From positions 1,488,001 to 1,552,000 of the forward strand of contig NC_043005.1 in the NCBI RefSeq assembly GCF_006345805.1: DNA of 64,000 nt, written 5' to 3'. Under the pieces are notes generated by a model. That model saw only the letters and a program-made list of their open reading frames with translations. It had not been told where the DNA came from and searched no databases. Below, one piece after another: positions 11,769-23,772 of this stretch (position 1 is the stretch's first letter; each line of letters opens with the position of its first letter). Source of the stretch: Octopus sinensis. Lineage: Eukaryota. Position numbers and translations under genes: made by a program.

Positions 11769-11913
11769 ACCTATCCATTCTTGTTGCTTCTTTCTCGCTT
11801 ATAATCACCCCACTTACTGTATTGTTAAAACAGTATAGTTTTTTTTGGTGCATCTAAGTTAGGTACCATATTCAAGTAAATTCATTTAAATTAACTTGAA
11901 TCTTTATTGCTTT

Positions 11914-11952
<39 letters not shown>

Positions 11953-12208
11953 TTGCCATGTTGGATTGCTGAACTCATGACATTTTTTTCATTCTCTCTG
12001 TTTCTTTTCCTCTTATTACTTTCTGTTGAAGAGCATAGGTTTGAAACACAAAAGACTTATTCCTTTTTCCCAGGCATCAAGCTAATACACTTGCTTGTTG
12101 TTCTTATACCTGTCTTTGTCTTTTGTTTTTCTATAAATTTCAACTATATTTATACATACATATTTATACACACACACACACACACATATACATACATGTA
12201 TATGCATA

Positions 12209-12360
12209 CGAGGTCTGATCAATAAGTATCCGGACTGATTCTAAAGCATGCAGAGTGAAGCTGTTTGGCACAAACTGACCTTCAACTAAGTTTTGACGTT
12301 CTAGTTCACTTCTGTTGTTTACAGCAGTGCTTGGAAGGAAGGTGTGTAGAGTGTGATCAA
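12209..12360. mobile_element. Probable mariner-type transposon terminal fragment
   Basis: TA|CGAGGTCTGATCAATAAGTATCCGGACT resembles mariner TIR starts. No partner TIR found. Confidence 0.45.
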
Positions 12361-12369
12361 ACCAAGGGT

Positions 12370-12677
12370 CAAGAAGCTTGAAGATCCTCTGAATGGACAG
12401 AAATTTAGAGACATATTATTTGAAGCTTTAGATGAAAAAGAAGAGAATATAACATCACATAATGTAGAGGACAACTGGAGGTTCCTATGGGACAACCTGT
12501 TGAGGGCTACTGACTAGATCTGTAGCTGATGCAAAGTCTCCTTTTGACTTAAGGTGACATGGTGGTGGAACAATGTAGTTGACAGGGCCAATAGCAAATA
12601 GAAACAGGCCTGTAAGTGTGGTGGTAGCAGGGAAGCAGAAAAGAAAAGATTTGCCAATGTTCTGTGCTATGAGTACC
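12370..12677 (+). mobile_element. Degraded internal RTE LINE fragment
   Basis: AAGCTTGAAGATCCT..AATGGACAGAAATTTAGAGACATA...TGGTGGTGGAACAATG aligns by eye to 19905-20275. Confidence 0.8.
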
Positions 12678-12989
12678 AGTGGCTAAATCTAAACAAATGA
12701 CTGAAAAATGTCCTTATAAGGTCGCTTTTCTCTAAGATTTACAGCTTTAGGGTTCGTTTACAAATTTATACATATATGTACTACACTGAAAATATCTCTA
12801 CATTAAATTTGGCTGAAATTGATGAGTGGACTATGTGGGTGAGTTGAGTGTGTAGGGAGCCATGTAAGAATTGATGAGTGGACTATGTGGGTGAGTTGAG
12901 TGTGTAGGGAGCCATGTAAGAATTGATGAGGCTGAGTTCAATCGCAGTGGTTCAGCCCATCTTTCTTCAACTGTTTAGATTTAGTCACT
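12678..12989. mobile_element. MITE-like element with ~18-bp TIRs and an internal 52-bp tandem duplication
   Basis: AGTGGCTAAATCTAAACA...TGTTTAGATTTAGTCACT are 17/18 inverted. The unit AATTGATGAGTGGAC...CATGTAAG starts at 12817 and 12869, with a partial copy at 12921. Confidence 0.6.
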
Positions 12990-13003
12990 TTAATTGGAGC
13001 CTA

Positions 13004-13034
<31 letters not shown>

Positions 13035-13067
13035 ATAAAAAATAATATGTTATTACAGTTATCATAT

Positions 13068-13110
<43 letters not shown>

Positions 13111-13260
13111 GACACACACACAAAGTATGGGGCTTTAGTTCACAGGTGATCTAAACGATTAGGTACAATATATAAGTGGTGTAACAGATTACTAGGGCTC
13201 CAAAGTTATAGCTGAGATGGTAGTTATGGAGCCATTACAGAATTCTGATGCAGCGGACAT

Positions 13261-13402
13261 ATAATTGTTAAAGAGGACAAAACGTTAAGGCAAGGCAACA
13301 TCTCAAGTCATATGGAATATTATTATGGGTAAAATAATAATATTGTATATAACTTGAGATGTTTGCCTTACCTTAATGTTTGATGTCCTCTTTAACAATT
13401 AT
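13261..13402. repeat. Near-perfect ~140-bp fold-back palindrome
   Basis: The arm ATAATTGTTAAAGAGGACA...CATCTCAAGT...AATATTATT is mirrored by AATAATATT...ACTTGAGATG...TGTCCTCTTTAACAATTAT around a very short loop. Confidence 0.85.
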
Positions 13403-13584
13403 GTATATATACATGTGTGTACTCTATGTAACAAAACTTGAAATCAGCTTTTAACAAATAGTGAAATACACCCAATACAGGGAAACAGGTGAAAACTGTT
13501 TCTGATATCAAAAAGGGAAACCTACTGACTTACAGCAACTTGTCTCTAAACACAACTTTTAAAGTATTAAACAACCACCTATTT

Positions 13585-14010
13585 CGGTGGTTTTCAACCG
13601 GGGGTTCATATAACCCTTGCGGGGCCATATAATCCAGGGGGGGGGGGGCATTTAACCCTTGCGGGGCCATATAACCATTGCAGGGCCATATAAACCTTGC
13701 AGGGCCATATAACCCTTGCGGGTCCATACAACCCTTGGGGGTCCATATAACCCTTGCGGGGCCATATAACCGTTGCTGGTCCATACAACCCTTGCGGGTC
13801 CATATAACACTATTGATGTTAAAATTTACCTGCAATAAATTACTTATATTTCTACAACATACAACATATTTTCACAATTTTTTAATACAATTTCTTATAA
13901 GATTTAATTATAAAAATAGGATCTTTGAAACCTCGAATGGCTATGAGGGTCCACCAAAGTAAAATAGGAATCGAGGTGGTTCCTAAAGAAGAAATGGTTG
14001 AGAACCCCTG
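13585..14010. mobile_element. hAT/Charlie-like MITE containing a ~21-bp minisatellite
   Basis: Termini CGGTGGTTTTCAACC and GGTTGAGAACCCCTG. Flanks ACCTATTT / ATCTACTT (6/8, decayed TSD). About 9-10 copies of ATAACCCTTGCGGGGCCAT-like units at 13606-13808. Confidence 0.75.
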
Positions 14011-14358
14011 ATCTACTTCCTAATCTTCAACCCATTTCCCTCTCCAGTGATTACCAGTTTGGCTTCATAGAGCCACCAGAAACTTACACCCTTTAGGGTC
14101 CCTAATACTTGAAAATATGCATCCAAGTGTAGCCTTCACATCAATACCAGCTTCCACTAACATGAGAATCTATTTGCCCAGCTCTGGTTTATCCATTTAT
14201 CTCTTAGGTCTTGAATAAGAAGTTTTCTTTCAAACATCTCCATTATATTGACTTTCTTTTCTTCAACCTACATCCAATCAGCTTTGGTGAATCCCAAGAT
14301 TCGTTTGGGTCTTAAACACTCTTCCTTCTGTGGTTTTAATCAATATTGTTAGTTTACG

Positions 14359-15312
14359 TCATTGACGAACGACAGAGACCTTCTCTTTGTGGCTGGTGAC
14401 TTCAATGGTCATGTTGGACAACATGCTGGGGGCTTCCATGGTGTACATGGAGGCTACGGTTATGGTTCCCGCAACGAAGAGGGAACCAGGCTGATGGAGT
14501 TCTGCGATGCAAATAATCTTATGATTTGCAACACTAACTTCAGGAAACCTACCAGCCACCTAGTCACCTACCGATCGGGCCGACATACCAGCCAAATTGA
14601 CTACATCCTTGCCAGGAAAAGGGAAAAATGGCTCCTTATAAATGCTAAAACCTTTCCAGGCAAAGAATGTACCCCACAACATAGACTGGTAGTTAGTGAC
14701 TTTAGGATCAGGACTAAGAGGACGACCAGAAGATGACCAACATGGAGAAGGATCTGGAAGCTTAAAGATCCTGCGAATGGACAGAGACTTAGGGACATAT
14801 TACTTGAAGCCTTTGACGAAGTAGAAGGGGATATAGCTTCACATGGGGTAGAAGACAACTGGAGGTCTCTAAGGGGTAACCTGCTGAGAGCCACTGACCA
14901 GATCTGTGGCTGGTGCAAAGTCCCCTCTTGACCCAAAATAACGTGGTGGTGGAACAATGTTGTAGACAGGGCTATTAGAGAAAAGAGACAGGCTTGGAAG
15001 GACTGGAAAAATGGTGGTAGTAGGGAATTGTATCAGACTACCAAAAGAGAAGCTAGGAGACAGGTTTATTTCGCCAAAAGGGAAGCAGATAAGAAAAAAT
15101 TTGTCAATGTTCTGCGCCGTGGGGACCAAAGACTTGAGGTATTCCGTGTTGCAAGACAGTGTGTGAGAGAAAATCGTGATGTGGTAGGAGAGAAATGTGT
15201 TTGCATGGATGATGGTTCACTTGCGCTGAATGAGGATGCAAAGAGAGAGGTTTGGAGATACCATTATGAGAGGCTGCTAAATAAAGAAAATGAATGGGAT
15301 AAAGAGAGTCTG
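14359..15312 (+). mobile_element. RTE LINE internal fragment (APE endonuclease C-terminal half plus linker)
   Basis: VAGDFNGHVG, SQIDYIL and QHRLVV APE motifs. Nearly co-linear with 19505-20459. Confidence 0.92.
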
Positions 15313-16032
15313 AGAATGTGCATCATTGATCATGAGCAGGAGTAGTAAGAGAGCAACATGGCCAAGTATTGAAAGGGATTCTTTGGGGTTCCAATAAATA
15401 TCATAACAAAGGCAAAATTTGAAGAAGGAAATATTGGCCATTTTTCATATTTTCTACGAGTAAGAAAATAAGAAATAATAATTGCAACCCAGGGACAAAA
15501 ACCATGTTACACAGTGTAATCCACAATGGAAGCAAGATTAAGCTCAAACAGCGAAACTGAAGAAGAGATTCAACTGTGACACAAAAAACATTGACTTCAA
15601 TTACATTTGAGAACAAGTTTTGGATAACCTAAAGAACTACAAGAGATTCTGAGAGCAAACCTAAGTTTCTATCGTCTTTGCAACACATAGGCAGCAGCCA
15701 AGGTGTCTCTCTTGAAATTCTTCATTGAATGGTATTGATGGATGAGATTCGGAATTTATAGAGAAGTGCTGACCTAAATGTTTGTCTGAAAGAGTTTATA
15801 CATGAAAAACTTTTGGATTCCTCATGTATCTCTAAATAGAAGAAGCAAAACATTTCCATGACCCTCACCACTTCCCCTGCTTTTTCAACTCAGAATCGTT
15901 ATGTTTCCAACCCAGCCACAATCTACAGCCTTTCATATTTGCCTGATATCTTTTTAGCTTTATTTAGAATTATCATGAATCACAGGGACTAATCAAATAT
16001 TGAGGCTTTAAAATCCGTCTGTACATTGGATG

Positions 16033-16070
<38 letters not shown>

Positions 16071-18199
16071 CCAATGAATATAGATTAATACACACACTGA
16101 TGTATCTATATTGGGGGTATATAAAGAGATATCAATATGCAACATTGAAGAAGGAAGAGAGAAAAATATACATTAAATAAAAAAAAGGAAAAATAAAAAT
16201 ATAAAAAATAAAATAATAAAAGGAAAAAAGATGAAAGAAAAAAAAGAAAAAGACAAAGGAAAAGAGGAGGTAGGGAGGAGGAGGAGGCAATGGCGTGGGT
16301 ATCTTTTTGCAATTGATTAGAGAGTCTAATCAATAGTAATATGATCCTGATTGCAGATCGAAGTCATGAATCATTGGAATTGACTGATATTTCACATGAA
16401 ATCCAACAACAGCAACTAGAACATGACGATGATGATGATGATGATGATGACTGTAATGGTGGTGGTAGGGAGTTGGGGGCCTTATCCAACTAACAATAAC
16501 TGGGACTCTGCTTCAGCTGGTCTTTGTTTGGCTCCCCACGCTTCATTTAACATTGAATCAACTCTGAGATTTGAAGACAGAAAAAATACAGACGCCATCA
16601 TTAAATTTAGAAAATATGGCCAAAAAAAAGAAAATCCTTTAAATGATAATCCCATCTTCTGCAGATGAATCTGGCAAAAGATGCAGAATGGAGTCGTTAA
16701 TGCTTTGACAGTTGAGTCACTTAAATAAGAGGCTACACACACACACACGTCTGTCTGTCTGTCTGTCTACAAACGTGTGTGTGTGTGTGTGTTTGGTTCT
16801 TGAGTTTGTTATTTAATCACACCTAAAATCAGGCTGCAGCACTGCTTTCATGGTGTGTGTGTGTGTGTGTGTGTGTGTGAGTGGAGATGCAGAGCTCTTA
16901 GAGAGAGCTATTCAGTCCTGGTTTTGTCATATGAATTGGATGTGTGGCAACACTGCACTGGGACAGGTTACAAGTCTATTACCAATAATATTTCCTGATG
17001 ATTTAAGCAGATTTCAACCAAATCTTCAACAGACAGGTGGACTTAGGCAATGTGGTATTCCACCCAGTAAAACAACAGAGGCAGGTTAGAAGTTAGGACC
17101 AAGAGGTAGCTTGTCCAATACCTTATCCACTGGGTTACTGTTGCTCTGACACATCCATAAGTTTTACATTCAAATATTCATGTGTTTCCCACATGCATCA
17201 CACCTGTGTGTGTGTGTGTGTGTGTGCTTTTGTATGATGTGTTTTTGTTTCCTTCTCCTCTTTGTTCTCCTGTTGACTCACCTGTACAGGTGAATTGGTG
17301 AATCAGAAATGATTTTTGAAGAGGTATTTGAGGACTTGCGGTTCATTCAGTTAACCAAAGAGAAAATTCCATGGACAGAGAGAAAGACATAATTATAAGA
17401 AGCAGGGCCAACAGATGTAGGGGTGGGTATGGCTTAGCAAGTTTAGTAACAGAGCAAGGGCCATTACAGAAAATACAGCAGAAACAATGAATTTGAAGAT
17501 TGAAAGCTTTGCATAAAGGGGTTTATTAATCGAATGGATAGCCCCACCACCACTGCCACCATTCTGCTTTGAATGCAGTCTTCGAGATCAGTGATTGAAA
17601 AAAAAAGGGTCAACAGTGAAAATACTACATTGTGGAGCAAAATTAGTATCGACAAAACATGGACAGCAACTGAAGCCACCAGATAGGAAGTCGTCTCCTT
17701 TCGAGGAATTTTTAGAACAAAGATTTTAGAGGAGGTTCCAAGAGATGGAGAGTCTGAGTTTGCGTTGCTGTTATTATTAGCTGCTGGTCATCCTTGGTCA
17801 GATAAATTCTAACATCAAAGACATTCTAATCATGAATAATCTTTTATTCAAGCAATGTATCTTGGAGAATATTATCCAATGTGCCTTCCCTTTTTTTCTT
17901 AATTTGTTAGAATATGATTCAGAGGGACATTTTGCTGCTATTTCTAGCTGATGCTCCTTTGTAGCATATCCTGAAATTTTACATTTCCATAATTTTGTGT
18001 GATCTTATGGTGCTATATTGCATCTAAGAACTGACCATTTTCTTTGGAATGCTTAAAAAGAAAAAAAGAATTTGTGAGAAATGCCTTACACAAAACAGCA
18101 GACATGATCCCACCTCCAGTCCAGATGCATCATGGGACACTTTAGTTGGGACAAGCATTTCCTATAAACATAAAAATCATGTTCTACTTGGTATCTTTT

Positions 18200-18605
18200 A
18201 TTTGTTTCAGTCATTAGACTGTGGCCATGCTGGGGCATTGCCTTCAAAACTTTTTGCTGAGTGAATCAACCCAGTAGTTCTTTCTTAGAGCCTGGCATCT
18301 ATTTTATTTCGCTCTTTTGCCAAATTGGTATATTACAGGGGCATAGACACTAACAATGGTTGCCAAGGGGTGGAGGGGGGGACAAGTACAGACACAAAGA
18401 CACACACACACACACACACACACATTCAAATATATACAATGGACTTCTTTCAGCTTCTGTCTATCAAATCCATTCACAAGGCTTTGGTCAGCCCAAAACT
18501 ATAGGAGAAGACAATTTGCCCAACGTGCCACACAGTGGGACTGAACCCAGGACCATGTGGCTGGGAAGCAAGCTTCTTACCCCACAGCCATGTTACACTT
18601 GTGCT
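18200..18605 (-). mobile_element. tRNA-derived SINE (family A) with a LINE-like 3' tail
   Basis: Minus-strand head TGGCTGTGGGG (A box) ... GGTTCAGTCCC (B box), internal (TG)n, and 3' GCCCCAGCATGGCCACAGTCTAATGACTGAAAC. Related copies at 27490-27670(-), 36128-36500(+) and 53200-53665(-). Confidence 0.8.
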
Positions 18606-18861
18606 TCCCATAAAGAAATTCAATGTTATTGACAGCATTTCTTGTGTTGACCATTGAAGTGACCCTTGGTGGCAATGGCTCTTTATCTTGAAGAGTTTAA
18701 ATGTAATTAACCTTGAATATTGGCAGAAGAGAAACAAAGACGTAAGAAAGAGGAGAATTAAAAAAGATTTTATTCTTAAACAGAATCAGTTGCAGCTGCC
18801 ATGCCATGATACGGTTCTCTGCCTCTTTACAATAATGACGGATATCTATTCCCATTATTCC

Positions 18862-19170
18862 AGGCTCAGTGGTTAGAGTATCTCACTTACAATCGTAAGG
18901 TCGTGAGTTCAATTTCCAATGGCACATTGTGTCTTTGAGCAAGACACTTTATTGCTCCACTCCACTCAGCTAGCAAATATGAATAGCACCTGTAGTTCAA
19001 AGGGCCAACCTTGTCACATTCTGTATCACATTGAATCCCTTTGAGAGGTACATTCAGGATGTGCATGTCAGTGGTGTACTCAGCCACTTGCACATTAATT
19101 TCATGAGCAGACTATTGCATTGATCAGATCAACAAGAACCCTTGTCCTCATAACCAATGGAGTTTCAGTT
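18862..19170 (+). mobile_element. tRNA-derived SINE (family B)
   Basis: GGCTCAGTGGTTAGAG...GAGTTCAATTTCC head, then GTGTCTTTGAGCAAGACACTT. The body (TACTCAGCCACTTGCA) is shared with 41375-41690. The head is shared with 62826-63110. Confidence 0.75.
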
Positions 19171-19340
19171 TATTTCTCAAGCTTGGTAAATTAAAACAAT
19201 GCATGTCATCAACCCTGTACAAACGACCGATAGAACAGAATTATTGATTCTGAAGATTTCATAGTTAAGGGTGGGGGGGGGGGCATAAATCTGGTGAGTC
19301 AAACAATATTTTTAATTAATAAAACATTACAGTAATTGAG

Positions 19341-22300
19341 GCAGATAAAGTAATTGAGGTAATCAGAGTATGTGACAGAATACTTAAGATTAGATTAGTG
19401 CTTCATCATAGTTTAGCAACCATTATATCAGCCTATGCTCCTCAGTCGGGGCTACCCGATGGACAGAAAGACCGATTCTATGACACTCTACTGCAGACTA
19501 CCTCGTTGACGAACGACAGAGACCTTCTCTTTGTGGCTGGTGACTTCAATGGTCACGTTGGACGACATTCTGGGGGCTTCCACGGCGTACATGGAGGCTA
19601 TGGCTCTGGTTCCCGCAACGAGGAGGGAACCAGGCTGCTGGAGTTCTGCGATGCAAATAATCTTATGATTTGCAACACTAACTTCAGGAAACCTACCAGC
19701 CACCTAGTCACTTACCGATCGGGCCAACATACCAGCCAAATTGACTACATCCTTGCAAGGCAAAGGGAGAGATGGCTCCTTATAAATGCCAAAACCTTCC
19801 CAGGTGAAGAATGTACCCCACAACATAGACTGGTAGTTAGTGACTTTAGGATCAGGACTAAGTGGATGCCTTGAAGACGACCAATATGGAGAAGAAGGAT
19901 CTGGAAGCTTAAAGATCCTGCAAATGGACAGAGATTTAGAGACATATTACTTGAAGCCTCTGACGAAGTAGAAGGGGATAGAGCATCACAGGGGGTAGAA
20001 GACAGCTGGACGTTTCTAAGGGACAACCTGCTGAGAGCCACTGACCAGATCTGTGGCTGGTGCAAAGTCCCCTCTCAACCCAAAATAATGTGGTGGTGGA
20101 ACAATATTGTAGACAGGGCTATTAGAGAAAAGAGACAGGCTTGGAAGGTCTAGAAAAATGGTGGTAGTAGGGAATTGTATCAGACTGCCAAAAGAGAAGC
20201 TAAGAGACAGGTCTATTTAGCCAGAGGGGAAGCAGATAAGAAAAAATTTGCCAATGTTCTGCGCCGTGAGGACCAAAGACTGGAGGTGTTTCACGTTGCA
20301 AGACAGTGTGTGAGAGAGAATCGTGATGTGGTAGGAGAGAAGTGTGTTCGCATGGAAGATGGTTCACTTGCGCTAAATGAGGATGCAAAGAGAGAGGTTT
20401 GGAGATACCATTATGAAAGTTTGCTGAATAAAGAAAATGAATGGGATAAAGAGAGTCTGCCGAATGTTGACCCAACAGAGGGACCAGCAATCAGAGTTGA
20501 TAGTTCCTTGGTAGTTAAGGCAATTAGAAGCATGAAGACAGGAAAAGCCCCAGGCCCATCAGGAATCACTGCAGAGATGCTCAAAATGTCTGGTAGTGTC
20601 GGCTATAGCCTAGTCACCCATATAGTTAATCAGGTGATACACAAAGGAGTCATACCCAATGACTGGTGTAGCAGCATAATAGTCAACTGCTACAAAGGTA
20701 AAGGTGACGCCCTAGATACAAATAACTACAGAGGTATCAAGCTGTTGGATCAGGTGATGAAGGTTACGGAGAGGGTCATAGCCCAACTAATTAGAGAGAG
20801 AGTTAGTTTAGATGAGATGCAGTTTGGGTTTGTGCCAGGGAAAAGTACTACTGATGCTATATTCCTGGTAAGGCAGCTGCAGGAGAAATACCTAGCCAAA
20901 GATAAGCCCCTGTACCTGGATTTTGTTGACATGGAGAAAGCCTTCGACAGGGTCCCCCAATCCCTTATCTGGTGGGCAATGAGGAAACTAGGGATAGATG
21001 AATGGTTAGTGAGAGCTGTGCGGGCCATGTATAGGGACGCTGCTAGTAGGGTGAGGGTTGGAGACGAGTACAGTGAAGAATTCCGGGTAGAGGTAGGGGT
21101 CCACGAAGGCTCAGTACTCAGCCCCCTCCTATTTATCATAGTCCTCCAGGCAATAACGGAGGAATTCAAGACAGGATGCCCTTGGGAGCTCCTCTATGCT
21201 GATGACCTTGCTCTAATTGCTGAGTCGCTATCAGAACTGGAGGAGAAGTTTCAGGTGTGGAAACAAGGATTAGAATCGAAGGGCCTCAGAGTCAATCTAG
21301 CTAAAACCAAAGTCGTAATCAGTAGGAAGGTAGACAAATCACAAACGCCTTCAGGTAGATGGCCCTGCTCGATCTGTAGAAAAGGTGTAGGTAGAAACTC
21401 TATAAGATGCACCAAGTGTAAGCTATGGACACATAAGAGGTGCAGCAATGTCAAAGGAAGGCTAACTAGGAAGATGGTTTTTTATGTGGCAGATGCTCAG
21501 GAACAATAAACACTGAAAATGCTCTGAGACCAACTTCCGTCACTTTCCAGGGAGAAAAACTAGAAATAGTTGATAGTTTCCGTTACCTAGGTGACCAAGT
21601 CAGCAGCGGGGGCGGGTGTGCTGAAAGTGTAACTGCTAGAGTAAGAATAGCTTGGGCAAAGTTCAGAGAGCTGGTGACAAAAGGCCTCTCGCACAGAGTG
21701 AAAGGCAGACTGTATGATGCGTGTGTACGAACAGCCATGCTACATGGCAGTGAAACATGGGCCGTGACAGCTGACGATATGCGTAAGCTCACAAGAAATG
21801 AAGCCAGTATGCTCTGATGGATGTGTAATGTCAGTGTTCATAATCGACAGAGTGTAAGTACCTTGAGAGAAAAGCTGGACCTAAGAAGCATCAGTTGTGG
21901 TGTGCAAGAGAGACGATTGCGCTGGTATGGTCATGTGGCGAGAATGGATGAAGATAGTTGTGTGAAAAAGTGCCACACTCTAGTGGTTGAGGGAACCTGT
22001 GGAAGAGGTAGACCCAGGAAAACCTGGGACGAGGTGGTGAAGCACGACCTTCGAACTTTAGGTCTCACTGAGGAAATGACTAGAGACCGAGTCCTCTGGA
22101 AGTGTGCTGTGCGCGAGAAGACCCGGCAGGACAAGTGAGTCCATAACCCGTGGCCTTCTACTTGGGATGGAGCCAGCTTACGTATGCATACCTTCCCTTC
22201 TTGGGACACAAAACTCTACTTGTGAAGACCTGTTGAGGCAAGTGAGGATCAGAATCGAAATCGATCAATGGAAATTGCAGATGTGTTACCAGTACCGGTG

Positions 22301-22737
22301 GCATGTCGATACTCTACTGGTGAAGACCCGTTGAGGCAAGTGAGGATCAGAAACGGAAATCGATCAATGGAAATTGCAGATGTGTTACCAGTGCCGGTGG
22401 CATGTAAGAGAACCTTCCGTTTCGCGACCGTTGCCAGCACCGCCCCGTTTCGTGTCCGTTGCCAGCCTCGCCTGGCCCTTGTGCCGGTGGCACATAAAAA
22501 GCACCATCCGTTCGTGGCCGTTTGCCAGCTCTGTCTGGCACCTGTGCGGGTGGCACGTAAAAAGCACCCACTACACTCACGGAGTGGTTGGCATTAGGAA
22601 GGGCATCCAGCCGTAGAAACACTGCCAGATTTGACTGGGCCTGATGAAGCCTTCTGGCTTCACAGACCCCAGTAGAACCGTCCAACCCATGCTAGCATGG
22701 AAAACGGACGCTAAACGACGATGATGATGATGATGAT
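19341..22737 (+). mobile_element. Longest RTE-clade LINE copy (APE + RT + PHD-like finger + 3' UTR), 5'-truncated and defective
   Basis: APE motifs ISAYAPQ, GDFNGHVG and QIDYIL. RT motifs KAPGPSG, NYRGIKLL, QFGF, FVDMEKAFDRV, GSVLSPLLF, LYADD and YLGD. Several stops and frameshifts. (GAT)n tail at ~22718-22737. Confidence 0.96.
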
Positions 22738-23355
22738 TACACCTCTAACGAAAGAAAAATTCATTAACTTCAACAAGAGCTTATAGTCATGACAGACAAG
22801 AAACAAACATTCCAATGAAGAAATCGTAGTAGATGAAAGCACACAGACAACTCCACACATGTTTCTATCTGATTAGGCCTCCTCAGCCCTTTTACAGATA
22901 TTTTTCAAGATTGTAAATGAAAGAGAATAAAGATTTTGAATGAAAAAACATTCACTGATTAGTCAACTGAAAATTATGATGGGAAAAAATGCTTAAGAAT
23001 ATGTTCAGAGAATTTAGTCTGCTAAATCACCGAATAACAACAACAACAGTTATAATTTATTGTTAGGTTGGTGTTTAGTTCTAGATTTAGTGGTGCTAAG
23101 AGGATAATGAACCTTCCTTTGGGCAGAAATATTCCTGTATCACAGATATTATTCTTGTATGTGATGCCAATTCCTCACAATTCAATCAACCAAACACAAA
23201 GTGAAACAGAATGATTAAAGGAAATTAAATGATTCATTTAAGATGTTTAGTCATAAATATCAGAAGTTTATCAAAGCTGGAACAGAGTCCAACCCAAAGA
23301 CATTGATGTGTCTACAGCAGAAAGTTCTAAACATTAAATGGAAGAATCTGCCTGG

Positions 23356-23392
<37 letters not shown>

Positions 23393-23457
23393 CTTGAAGA
23401 CTGTTTCTGTATATATTGAAGCTTAGTAGTTTCCCTATTTTCTCATTTAACTAAAAT

Positions 23458-23489
<32 letters not shown>

Positions 23490-23678
23490 TATAAACACTC
23501 ATCAGAATAATATTTAATATTATTTAAGTGGTAGGAGATAGAAATAATTCAGAATGAATGAGAACATCATTACAGAAAGGAAGGGAAAAAAACCCTAACA
23601 TGACAAACATTTCATATTTTGTCCAGCAAGGAATTCTGGTGATGTTTTTCAATCCTACAAATGCAAAATAACAATTCT

Positions 23679-23712
<34 letters not shown>

Positions 23713-23733
23713 TGTGTGTGTGTGTGTGTGTGT

Positions 23734-23772
<39 letters not shown>

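Larger units (their letters stand above)
7720..11915 (+). mobile_element. Penelope-like retroelement (Naiad-like), 5'-truncated, with an inverted 5' pseudo-LTR
   Basis: RT and GIY-YIG coding sequence. Inverted repeat 7720-8217 / 11299-11798. Hammerhead motif in both copies. Flanked by (TA)n at 7682-7718 and 11916-11948. Confidence 0.93.

Noticed and set aside
18530-18600. tRNA gene
   Set aside because: A and B boxes are present but no full cloverleaf is evident. It continues into a SINE body found in several copies.
22640-22662. CTGATGA-AGCC-TTCT-GGCT hammerhead-like motif in the RTE terminus
   Set aside because: No GAAA follows the stem, and sibling copies read CTGGTGCAGCC, so the core is a chance variant.
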